From Basidiobolus meristosporus CBS 931.73 (lineage: Eukaryota > Fungi > Basidiobolomycota), in assembly GCA_002104905.1 (NCBI GenBank), contig MCFE01000314.1:33367-97366 (forward strand): a DNA stretch of 64,000 bases. Direction: 5' to 3'. Both the position numbers and the translations under genes were made by a program. This document shows positions 45,901 to 58,046 of the stretch, in pieces (positions within the stretch are counted from its first letter, which is position 1; each line of letters opens with the position of its first letter). Under the pieces are notes generated by a model. It saw only the letters and a list, made by a program, of their open reading frames with translations. It ran no database searches and was not told the origin of the DNA.

Positions 45901-47792
45901 ATCTTATGGTATCATAGCAATAATCTGATGTTAGTCCCACTGGTATCTTAGCCTAAGTCACTGTTCAACCTGAATAGCTACCTGTATCCATTGCTGGATG
46001 TATGCTATCCAGCAGGATAACTGTAAATGGCTGTCATGTAAAAGCGCATATTATTATCTGCATTGGAGATACCCCAGCCATCAGCAAGATAGCAGGTTTT
46101 TCTGGGCACAATGGACGGTAGTGCTGTCAAATGTCTGAGATCCAGGGCATTTGCTCTATAACTCACATACATTATTATTACCCAAACACCAGCACTAAGA
46201 ACATCATCTTTCCACAGAGAAAATGTACAGAAGTAAGCATGCAATTGCAGCAAAGTTGGCAAGCTATAAGTCCCTGGCTGGAATATGGAATCAATCAAAA
46301 ACCCAAGATACTTTAGATAGAGCGTATCTGTTGGAGCAAAAGCTTTCCACTAGGAGCAATGCATTTGCTTTTTAACAGTATCCCTATACTGATGACCAAG
46401 ATGTATATGGGGCATTTCAAGCTAAAGAGACATTTGAGATACCAGAGAAATTTGAAAAAATTGGCAAGATTTTACAGAGTATCTGCTACCCTAAGTACCT
46501 CTCACAGGCTCCAATTAATATTCATATGCATATGTGACAATACAAATGCAACGACTGGATGAACTGGATATGTATTTATTCAAGCAGTGTTCTGAAGCCA
46601 TTCCTACCAAGAGTGCATTGGAAGCATTGGGAGTCATATGTGGACATTGTAGGAATATTTATCCAGAAGTGGATCACCAATGCCAACTTGATGAATTTAC
46701 AGCTGTTGTGTGAGGAGTTTGTGATGGGATTTGAGTGGCTATGCTATAAAAATAGAGCTGAATGCGTAGATCTCTGCCGCTACTGTATCCATTCTCTACT
46801 CCATCTTGCATGGTGTGTGGAGAATATCAGGCCTTGCTTCACCTTTTGGGAGTTTCCTATGGGGTGGATGTGTGGGGAGATAGGAAGATGAGTCAAGTTG
46901 CAGGTACTACCATATCCCAATCTCATCAAGAATATTACCTTCAAGTCCATCATGGATGTGGTGAGTTGGCACATGGAGGACAGCCAGAAATAGTTGGAAA
47001 ATACTGAGGACAAATGTGCACATGGAGACACCTACGGAATATATTGGCTAAATACCAAGAAGTTCTTTGCCAATATTCAGGAGGTATTCATGGCAGAAGT
47101 GGCAACAACCAAGCATATGTTTGCAAGATGTATATGCTACCAGCAGTACAAGGTATATGGCAACTTTGCAAGTATCACACTAAAAAGCTGCAAAGTTGAG
47201 GTGATAGAAGTATGTCAATTGCGGCAGGTGTGTGTGTTTGTAAAGGTTAATAAGCAGGAGGCCATAGTTTTTTTGGTTTGAACTACGTGTGGAATACCCA
47301 AGATAGTAGTGGGTAAGCAAATAAAGAAAGGTGATTCTACAGTGAAATATATGAATTGCACAAGGGGAGGTAGAAAAAAGAAATACCATTTGGTAAATGG
47401 TATGGTAGCATTATACAGAACCAGCGGCAGGCCGTCATATTGCCAAGAAAAACCATCAGAGTCTTACTGTGAGGCCGTCAAAATACCCTCAAGTTTCTTG
47501 CCATATAAGGCAATTGGAAGTCCTGACCAACTGAATCCACTTAAAATAGTAATAGAGCGCTAAAAGACCGCAACAATACCATACAAATATTGTCACAGTA
47601 CCAGTCAAAAATTGTCAAGTTTTATCCCTCTATTTGGCTGTGAAATTTGCAAAACACCGTCATGATCTCATTGTAAGATTGTCAGGAGGGTCACTAATTC
47701 CAAGCTGCTGTTATTATGACAGTCTCTTAATGGGATCCTGACAGATGATCCGGATTGAATCCACCTGCGGGACCAAATTATTTTTCATAGGG
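42960..47792 (+). mobile_element. CACTA/EnSpm-like DNA transposon copy 2 (ORF2 on - at ~42960-44520; transposase on + at ~44860-47560)
   Basis: KRPCGYCGKPLSHEACRQH; CVNSCMAFTS...TCPNCQ; HSLLHLAWCVENIRPCFTFWEFPMGWMCG (CACTA-type HL..GP..W.FPMER region). Right terminus ...CCAAATTATTTTTCATAGGG. Confidence 0.82.
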
Positions 47793-48396
47793 CTTAGGCA
47801 CTGTTGCTGTGCTTCAAGATTTTATATTGCTCCTCTGCTGATACATTGAGAAATGGCTCTTTTCTTAGCTGTGACTTTGAGCTAATTGGGTTCCTTCTTT
47901 GCAGCAGAAATACTGCATTCTCTACCTGGGATATTAATTGCACTACATGTAGTATCTGCTCCTCCTCTCCCTAGACAACTTCTTGATTGCCCAGGGTCAT
48001 TTCATCTATCCTATCAGCCACTGCACATAATTGCCTTATAAATGCTTTGGTATGGGCTGACAACACACATGCCAATACTAGTGGTGATGATTCCATGACA
48101 GATATGTGCAGGTCATTAGCTGGAAGCACTATATTTGCTGCATTTTCATCTGCCTGAACATTATGGCCAGCTTACAGGTCTAAAGAGAATTTCAATTGCC
48201 CACCCAGCTAAGAGCCTGAAAAGTCTGCAATAATACCTTCAGCAGGCACACTTTCAACATGGACTTTTTTTGGACATAGCCCTGCTTGTTGCACTCAATG
48301 TCAAAGCAGGCTGTTGTCCACCATTCCTTCTCTGCAGTCTGTGGTTGAGTGCGGCAGGGAACAAGAAAGCTTGATATTATTTTTTGGTGGCATATA
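47793..48396 (-). mobile_element. N-terminal fragment of another CACTA ORF2, probably the host of copy 2's insertion
   Basis: Homologous to 44040-44640. It starts exactly at copy 2's terminus and ends at the family-X terminus. Confidence 0.7.
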
Positions 48397-48940
48397 GACT
48401 TGTTCCATTGTACCGTGCCAGGGCGTGTGGCGTGATCCGCGGCTGTAAAGAACAATTGGGCGCAATATTATAGCTACCAGAAGGAAGGATTGTACTTGGA
48501 CGATTTTGCACTATGCGGGATGATCTTGCACACTATGGCACAATCTGACATGATGAGGTTGGAACGGATGATTGCGCCAACTTGTAATGTTTGCATCACG
48601 TGCGCGATTGGATACCGCCATTATGGCAGGTAAAATCCGGTATTTGGATATGTTTCTTTAATGTAAATGGAAATAAATGTGTATCACACTATAAACTACA
48701 CTGATACTTACCATTTTGGTTACCCTCACTCCAATTGGATGGTATCTCAGTGGTTAATTGGTCCAAAAGTATCCTGAGGCTGGCAGCCCCCAATTGGCTC
48801 ATTGACTACTAAAAAAGCTACCTGATTTGCCATCAAATATCCCATTTTGCTCATTGAGCAAGTAAATCCCTGATCCTAGTGATTGGACAAGGTGTCATAG
48901 CCAGCACGCAAGCGATTGTGTAGGTGCGAAACAGCTTTCA
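48397..48940. repeat. ~540-bp non-coding transposon end (family X), CpG-retaining copy
   Basis: Starts GACTTGTTCCATTGTACCGTGCC, immediately after catata in CACTA ORF2 upstream sequence. Inverted homolog of 42225-42761. Confidence 0.75.
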
Positions 48941-49049
48941 ATGCAATACTGGCAAAGTTGTTGTATGAAATTATTGCAATGATCATGTCAAAAGGTAGTC
49001 TCAGATTCAAAGTCCTCTGACTACAAGGTACTGATCCCATCAGAACACT

Positions 49050-52000
49050 CTGCCAAGGCCAATGAAAAATATTTGCACCCCAGATTTCACAAAAAATTAG
49101 TCAACATTTTTCATCACAACATTCTCTAAGTGGCTTTTGATTGGTTCCCTGCCAAGTTGCTCACTTTCTGATCCAGGACCCTCAATCACCTCCCACATCT
49201 GTGTAAGTTGATTGACTGTGGCCTCTTTTTCACACTCCTTGCTTCCTGACTCAACTGTTTATCTTACTTTTCATGCATACAAATTGATTTATTTCCATTG
49301 AAACTTTAGTTGTAACTCAATTGCCAATTGTATTCACCTATACAAGTCCCTATACCATACACTAACATTAAGCCCAACCTCACACTTAACAAGTAACTCC
49401 ATTAAAATCCTCCAGTCAATAAGTATTTCTGCTGTCAACCTCTGTTTCCATGGCTTTGACAGGAACCCAACAGCTTTATGCCACTACTCATATGCTGGTT
49501 CCCACATGTTCTAGTCTTCAGCTGGCACTACAAGGTCTAGCACCTCATCTGCCAGTCTTTGCAATGAATCCTTGCAATATTCAAGCACATTTTTTTGAGC
49601 ACTGCACTTGAAGAAGTGCCGCAACCTCTCGGTGTGCCTATCATTGTTCCAAAATCCCACAGAAGGCATTATAATAGTCTTTTGAGTTTCTTACATGGTA
49701 GCTTGTCTGTCAGTAGGATCTCTACTCTGTTGGCAATGGAGGATGTGTCAACTGTGCCAGATGGACAGCCTTTTGCTGCAAATCCATCTATCTTGCTGGA
49801 GTGTAGCTCAAATTCCTGCACTTCCAATTCTTGTTAATACAGCTATTTTCTTGTTGGTATTTCCTCCTGGACATGATGTGATTCAGTCTGTTCCAGCCTT
49901 GTGGCAATAATTGGCAGGCACTGCAGTGTTTTTGCATACCTCCCTGTCTCAGGCTTGGGTAAACATTTTTCCCTTTGCCTTTTCCTTTGTCACTTCCAGG
50001 CCTTTCACTGTTACTTTGTCTGAGTGCTTCTTGTATCAGACTATGTTTTCTCCTTGATAAATTTTACTCTGATAGATACATTTTGGCCTGCTTGTCCCTT
50101 GCTGGCACTCTTTAGGCAATCTGATGCTTCTTTTCAGCTTGTTTCACGCTCTCAGCAATAGTTGTGATGGGTACCTGAGAAAGCTGCTGGTTTTATCACT
50201 GCCAGGTCCTTCACTGCTGCATTGACTGAGTTCTTCTTGAGTGGTACAACACTTTTTCCTTGATAAATGTTGTGCTGGTGAGCCTGTGTCTGTCTGCTTG
50301 TCCTTATTTGGCACTCTTCCAGCTACCTGACATCTCTTTAATGCTTGCTCAGAGCTTTTGACCCTGCTTGTCACAGGCTCTTGAGGATGCCACTGGTTTT
50401 TAGCCATGGCACCCTTTTTCTGCTGCCAAGGATAGCTTCTGATATTATTTAGATGCTTTCTTAGCATACCATTACTGGCCCAAAATATGTTTGCCCAATT
50501 GGATCCAGGATAATGCTTATGGAGCAGGTCAAGCACATTTTGCTTGGCCTTGAGTTCCTGGTGGGCCCATACTATGCCAGCCTCAAGGTGATGGCATGCT
50601 AGACTTATGTCAGCCTCTGGAATATTAGCCCATTACTTGTGATTGCACTTAATGGCTTCACAGATCTGCAATGTCTTTTGATTCTTAGGCTATGGTTTAA
50701 GCACCAAATTGTCTCTGTCACATGCTGTGATAGGTTTCTCTGTGGGCTTTATCTTTGGGAACTGTTGTTATGCTTCAAAGACTGTACAGTGTTCTTCTAC
50801 TATCACACTGGGAAATGGCCCAATTCTTGGCTGTGATATTAAGCTACTTGAGTTCCTTCTTTGAAGTATAGATAATGCTTTCTCTACATGGGATATTAAC
50901 TATTTTACACATTTTTCTGCTCATCCTGTTTCTAGACTATTTCTTGATTTCTCTGGGCCATTGCAGTTATCCTATCAGCCACTGAGCCTAATTACCATGC
51001 TAATGCTCTGGTATGAGCTGACAATATACTTGCTGGAGCATCATAGCATATTTGCGGTATAAAGCAGTGGCTCAGCAACTAAAAGACTTTTCCTATAAGA
51101 AAGGCTTATCTGGGAGACAACTCTGCATTAGAATCTAATAGCTCCAACTATTGAAACTAAGTGGAAGATATGTTGTAGGAGGCTAGGACTTATTGGGGAG
51201 CAGCAAATGAGCCAACCGGTGAAAAATCAACTTGTTTTGGGCCTAAATTTCTCAATTCCAATCAAATTCAGTGTCTGTGAAGAATGTTCATATGGCAAAT
51301 AAGCTTGGCAATGTTTCAGAAGCTCAGGAGTCATTAATACCACTGAAGCATTGGCTATTCAGCAATCAGACATATATGGGCTCATGAGAACATTGTCCCT
51401 TGGAGCCAAGAGATACATTATTACATTTATTAAAGAAGAGACAAGATAAACAAGAGTGTACTTCCTTGAGAAAAAGGATGAGGCTTTAGGGACATTTAAG
51501 CACTTCAAGAACATGGCAAAAACACAATGGGTGCAAACTGAAGGTTCATTGAAGTTATAATTGAGGGGAAAACTGCTCAAAGGAGTTTGTAAAATACTAC
51601 TCATGCACTAATATACTTCAGCAGACCACTATTGCACCTACACCATAGCAAAGTGGAGTAGCAGAATATGCAAACAGAACAACAGTAGAGATGGGAGCAG
51701 TTCTGGACTAGTCTTGGCCACTATAGGACTAACTACAGCCTGAACTTTGCCACTTTCTTCTGATCTACAATCCTATAATTATTCTTCTAGAGTAAAGATC
51801 AAATTAGCACTATTATCAAGCATTACGCACTAACCCTGAAACTGTTGCTGAATGCCATAAGTGCTGAGAAGCTCTCCTTACATAGTGATACAGTTGTATT
51901 ACTTCTACAAAGGTATAAATATGGAAGTGAGTCAAACCAAGAGGAGCTGGAGTTACATATATGTTTGTATGTGATGTCACAGCTTTATTAATAATGCTTA

Positions 52001-55000
52001 CTATGGTAGATCAGCATTTAATCTTATATACATGTAGGTGTAATGTCTCAAATGCAAGATTGTCTTTGACTCACATGAGTATTGACTAAAAAGTGAAATA
52101 ATAGCATTACATTGTTGGAGGTCAAACTGTATGCCCCATGGACAAAACTACTTTGATTGAATGCCGTAAAAAAAGAGAAAAGAGACCATGTGGTTATTGC
52201 AGCAAGCCTCTCAGCCACAAAGCATGCAGACGGCATAGGAAGTCTCACAGCCACTGTTCTGCCACACTAGTTATATTCAACAATTCATCAGTCACTACTC
52301 TACCAACATTGTCTTGCTGGCAAGTTGATACATCTATATTGGCACTTAGCTGTCTTTATCACCTTGTGCAAGCTGAGTCAGGTGAGTTTGTGATGCCTTT
52401 AGGTTCACCTCAGCCTTATGAATATGGCATGTAGAGTGATAGCTCTGACAAAGAAGGCTCACCAATGGATTGTGAGCCTATCTCCCCTAACAACAGTACC
52501 ACATGTGAGCCTAGTCAAGTCCCAATATGCAATGAGACAATACCTGTCAACAAAAATGTCAAGGACACTTTATGGAGCCAAGTGCACCCAGTAATCCATC
52601 TACTGGTGAATGATGTAATGTTGTGGCTAGAGAAGTGGTGTATTTCCACCAATATCAGTAATTGAGTTCTGAGGATTTACTACTACTTATTGCCAAAATC
52701 ATTCCAGGATGCAACTTACCATGCACATGATACAAGTGGACAATAGTCATGTGGCTGGCAACATATGACCCAGGGATTGTCCTGATTCCAGCATACGCTA
52801 ACAGTTGCATGGCATTCACATCCAAATATGCCACCATTGCGACATCCGCAACTTGTGAGGATTCCACCACCATTGATGGAAAAAATTGTTCACACTCCAG
52901 ATAAGTCCCAGTAATCCTCTATCTAAGGAAGCTCATGTAGTCCAACAAATATTGCAAAGCTATAGAGTACTGTGCTCAGTATCAATCAAGTGCAAACATT
53001 TCCAATATATTTGATGGCACATATTACAAGCAGTTAATATGCAAGGGTTACTTTGAAGGTATGATTGACAATGGCTTTGCCTTAGCATTTGATGAGCTCT
53101 CATTTCACAAATACTCCGCTTGTAAATCCTGCTGGCCACTGATTCTCATCAACCTGAATTTGCCACCTATCATACAGTATCAAAGCAAAATCTGATGGTA
53201 GTCTCACTAGTATCTGGGCTTAAATAACTGTTCAACCTGGATAGCTACTTGTATCCATTGCTAGATGAATATTTTATGCTCTCCAGTGGGATAACAATAA
53301 ATGGCCATCATATCAAAGTGTATATTATTGTCTGCATTAGTGATAACCCAGCTATCAGAAAGATAGCTGGCACTTCTAGGCATAATCAATAGTATTGCTG
53401 TAAAATGTGAGGAATTCAAGGGATTTTCTCCATAACTAACACAAATTATTATTACCCAAGCACCAACCATGAGAACATCATATTCCTACAAAGAGAACTT
53501 GTAGAAGTCAGCATGCATTTCCAGCAAAGTAGGTAAGCTATAAGCCAACAGCAGGATTATGGAATCAAATGGAATCCAGGAACATTTAAGATAGAGGCTA
53601 TCTGTTGGAGCAATAGCTTTCCACTGGGAGCAATGCACTTACTTTTCAACAATACCCCTATATTGATGACCCAGTTGTACATGGGGCATTTCAGGCTAAA
53701 TGAGCCCTTGCAGATACTGGGGAAGTACAGAAGAATTGACAAAATATCACATAGTATCTGCTACCCTAAGTACTTCTCATGAGCTCCAATCAATATTCAT
53801 ATGCACATTCAACTATACAAATGCAAAGACTGGATGAACTGGATTTGTATTTATTCAAGTGCCATTCTGAAGCCATTCCTACCAAGAGTACATTGGAAGC
53901 ATTGGGAGTCATACGTGGACATTGTAGGAATATTTATCCAGAAGTGGGTCACTAATGCCAACTTGTCACATCTATGACTGTTGTGCAAAGAGGTTGTAAG
54001 GGAATTTGAGTAGCTACACTACAAATATAAAGCTGAATGTGTAGATCTCTGCTGCTACTGTAACCATCCTCTACTCCATCTTGCTTGGTGTGTGGAGAGT
54101 TTTGGGCCTTGCTTCACCTTTGGGGAATTTTGTGTAAACCATATGTGTGGGGAGATAGGAAGACAAATCTAGTAACAGGTATTACCATATCCTAATCTCA
54201 TCAAGAATCCTACCTTCAAGTCCATGATGGATGTAATGAGTTGGCACATTGAGGACAGCCAGTAAGAGTTGGAAAATACTGAGGACAGATGTGCACATGG
54301 AGACACCTAAGTCAATGGAATTATGAAGCTAAGCAGCCCCAATGCATGGTTAATCAGTTAAGTAATCAAAGTTATGCTAGGTGCATCAAGCCAGTAATTT
54401 TTATTAGGAAAGCTCTACAAAAATATGCCAGGTTTCTCTTGGTCACATGCCACCCACTACAGCATTCAATACAGAATTTACTCAGACAAGAGCCAGAGTA
54501 CTCCTACAAGGGGGACTAGAATCTAGCAGGGAGTAGAAATGTATTGGCTAAATACCAAAAAGTTATTTGCAGATATTCAGGAGGTATTCACAGTGATGTG
54601 GCAACAACCAAGCAGAAGTTTTCAAGATGTATAAGTTGCCAGTAATACAAGGTATATGGCAACTTTACAGGTATAAGACTAAAAAGCAATAAGTTAAGGG
54701 AATAGTAGTTTGTCAATTGCAGCAGGTGTGTGCATGTATAGAGGTTAGTAAGCAGGAGGCTATCATTTTTTTATTTGAACTATATGTGGAATACATAAGG
54801 TATTAGTGGGTAAGCAAATAAAGAGGGGTGATTCTACAGTGGAATATATGAATTGCACAAGGGGAGGTAGAAAAAGGAAGTACCATTTGTTAATTGGTAA
54901 GGTGGCATTATACAGTACCAGCAGTAGGCTACCATACTGCCATAACAATGCCATTGGAGACCCGCAATGAGGCCATCAAAACAACATCATGTTTCTGCCA

Positions 55001-55301
55001 TATAAGGCAATTGGATGTACTAGAGAGTTGGATACAGATAATATATTTGTAGAGCACATCAAGGGTGCAACAATTCCATGCAATTATTGCTACAACACTA
55101 ATCAAACCTTGTAAAGTTATATCAATCTATTATGGCAGTGAAGTATATATAAAAGTTAGCTTAGTGCTGCTGTGATCCCATTGTTAGATTGTTAAGAGGG
55201 TCACTAATTCCAAGCTGCTAGTATCATGAAGGTCCCAAACAGAATCCTGATGGCTGATCTGGATTGGATCCACCTGTGGGACCAAATTATTTTTCATAGA
55301 G
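49050..55301 (+). mobile_element. CACTA/EnSpm-like DNA transposon copy 3 (ORF2 on - at ~49050-51020; transposase on + at ~52140-55000)
   Basis: Collinear with copy 2 (MDKTTLIECRKKREKRPCGYCSKPLSHKACRRH...). Right terminus ...CCAAATTATTTTTCATAGAG at 55301. Confidence 0.8.
51140..51695 (+). mobile_element. Copia pre-integrase/integrase fragment inside CACTA copy 3
   Basis: Reads RLGLIGE...SVCEECSYGK*...SDIYGLMRTLSLGAKRYIITFI...VYFLEKKDEALGTFKHF; homologous to 30450-30950. Confidence 0.78.
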
Positions 55302-55364
55302 TTATAGTATCTTAGTATAGTAGCCCTTTATCTTATACTGCTTGTAATATATACTACTTGTGCA

Positions 55365-55790
55365 CTTATAGTAGGTTGCTACCACATTTGCCATGAGTAC
55401 CTCCTGAATATCTGCAAGACACTTTGGGTACTTGGCCAATATATTCATTCTCACCACCTAATTCTAGTCCCCCTGATAAGTACACTTTGACTCTTGCCTG
55501 TACAAAGTCTGTATTCAATGATGAAGAGATTGGCTTGTACCCAGGAGAAAGCTGCAATAGTTGTGTGAAGATGTCCAACAAAAATCAGTTGCTTGTTGCA
55601 ACCTTACATTGTATTATTTAACTGAAACCCATGCATTGGGGTAGCTAGCTTCTCAATGCCAAAGGCATCTATTTCTCCATGTGCACATATATCCACAGTA
55701 TTTTCCAAATCTTCCTAGTTGTCCCCTGTATGTCTACTCATTATATTCATGATGGACTAGAGGGTAATATTCTTTCATGGGTCCTCATAT
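55365..55790 (-). mobile_element. Fourth CACTA transposase fragment, inverted
   Basis: Same orientation as, and homologous to, ~34150-34760 minus the MITE. Confidence 0.7.
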
Positions 55791-55880
55791 GGGAGCTGTA
55801 GAGAATTAGGGAGCTTATCTAGCATTGTATTCACTAAAACTTGAGCTGAATTTTGTTGAGGTTTAAGCAGCTTGTTAAAT

Positions 55881-57678
55881 ATGATGCAATCAAATGAGTC
55901 ATCAGCCACAACCTAAATTACGAAATACAATTAGTCAGCAATTGATCTGGCAAAATGTATATAAGGAGCTGTTGGAACCTCAATAAAAATCAGTTCAAGT
56001 TTTAGTGAATACAATACTAGCTAAACTATGTATTCCTCTACAACTCTTATACCAAGATTTGTAACATTGGTGGCAGCAATAACCAGTAACCTCCCTCCTG
56101 AAGAAAGAAGAAACCACCCTCAAGATGTTGGACATTCAAGAATGGAAGAATGCCATGCAGCAAATCCTGGCCCAACAGCAACAGCTATTCCAGATCCTCA
56201 GCCAACAGCAACAAGGAATGACTACCATGGCTCAGAGCCAGCAAAGCCCTGTCAAGAGCAACTTTAGTGTGAAGATCAACCGGTACCATGGCAGAGTCAA
56301 TGAAAACCTGGGAACTTGTCTCTTTTAGATTGAAGAAGCTTTTAAAGCTAAAGGAATTGCGCCAGGGAGCAAGTTGCATTATGCAGCTTCTTACCTGGCA
56401 GATGCAGCTTTACAGTGGTACCACAACAAGATCAGGTCAGCTACTATGATGGGATGCTCTACAATCTCTACCTGGGATGAGTTTGTGTCAGAAATTCAGG
56501 ATGCTTTTGAACCTCCACACCAGCAGACACTACTAAGAAGGAAGTTAAAGACACTCAGACAGAAAGGAATGGTGCAAGAATACATCTATGAGTACAGATG
56601 TCTACTTGGACAGATTGAAAGAATGGACCCCTTGGATCAAGTTGAATACTTTATTGATGGGTTGAAAGAAAGAACTCGCAAGGAAATGAATTACTGAAGA
56701 CCTCAGACTATTGAAGAAGCCATCAAGATTGCCATTGACTATGACTCAGCTATGTTTGGAGTTGGGAAACCTGCAGTGACTAATCAGAAAGGCTACAATC
56801 ACTATGACAGAAGACAGTTGGAAGCAGTACCAATGGAAATAGATGCTATGCAGAAGAATCCTACCTTGGAAGAATGTAAGAAAAAAGGACTTTGCTTCAA
56901 TTGCCACCAGCAAGGACATATTGCACAGTACTGCCCTCAGATAAGAAATGGACACCAGCCAACAAGAACCTTCAACCATATTGAGTCTCATGAACACAGT
57001 AATGTGGAAGATGAGCTTGAAGAAGACTCAGAACTCACCTTCCACATGACAGAAGAATACCTATCCCAGATGACCTCAAACTCAGGAAAGCTATTATACT
57101 TGAATGGAGTAATCAATGGAGTACCTGCCAAGATCATGATTGACTCAGGAGCATTGCATGAGTACATGTCAGAGCAATTTACTCTGAAAGCTGGGATCAA
57201 CTCAGAACCTACCAAATCAACTTCAGTCTCCACAGCTGATGGCAAGTCTCACATAATCAACCATATTACCCAGCCAGTAAGAATGAAGATTAATGACTAT
57301 GAAGAAGACCTACAGGCTTATATATTTGGGAACTGCAAGTTTGACCTTATACTTGGAAAAACCTAGCTATTTTGTTGTAATCCATCAATCAACTGGAGAA
57401 CCCATGCTACTCAGATCCAAAAAGACAACAAGACCTATGAGCTATTACCTGCCAGGCTGGATTTCAACTTGGTTGATTCCAGTGTGTATGAGACAAGTGA
57501 ACTTAGCAAGACCCAGTTCTGTAGAGCGCTTAGAAAAGGTACTCAGATGTTCCTCATGGCGGTATTACAGAAGGATTCCTCTACCCCAGCACCCCAGCAG
57601 GTCCAGACTCTCTTGAAGAAATAATCAGACGTGTTTCCAGATGAGCTTGTAGCCTACCACCAGTCAGAGATGTGGATC
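55881..57678 (+). mobile_element. Ty3/gypsy partial copy: truncated 5' LTR (55881-56066), PBS, gag, zinc knuckle, protease; cut at the start of RT
   Basis: YAASYLADAALQWY...WDEFVSEI...LRQKGMVQEY...FIDGL; CFNCHQQGHIAQYC; MIDSGALHEY. It ends at ...ccagtcagagatgtggatc, abutting an LTR. Confidence 0.92.
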
Positions 57679-58046
57679 TGTTACAAGTCTTGGTATAAGA
57701 GTTGTAGAGGAATAGGGAGTTTAGCTAGTATTGTATTCACTAAAACTTGAGCCAATTTTTATTGAGGTTCCAGCAGCTCCTTATATACATTTTGCCAGAT
57801 CAGTTGCTGACTAATTGTATTTCCTAATGTAGGTTGTGGCTGATGACTCATTTGATTGCATCATCATCACCCAATAAGATCCTACTTAATATATCTATTT
57901 CTGTCTGATAAGGATCTGCTGATTCATTTGCTGACTAATGCTACTGATTTCATAGATAATACTGATATACTGATAACCTAAACATATACTAATTGATTTG
58001 ACTAAAAACTGATCTAACTTAAACATTCAAGCGGCAGATCATAACA
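57679..58046 (-). repeat. Gypsy 3' LTR
   Basis: TGTTATGATC...TTGTAACA on the minus strand, after the PPT. About 9 differences from the 5' LTR by eye. Confidence 0.93.

Noticed and set aside
42225-48940. A 6.7-kb element bounded by 540-bp TIRs enclosing CACTA copy 2
   Set aside because: The terminal motif shared with the TSD-flanked MITE lies at the inner edges (42761, 48397). The two repeats are therefore ends of separate elements pointing away from the middle.
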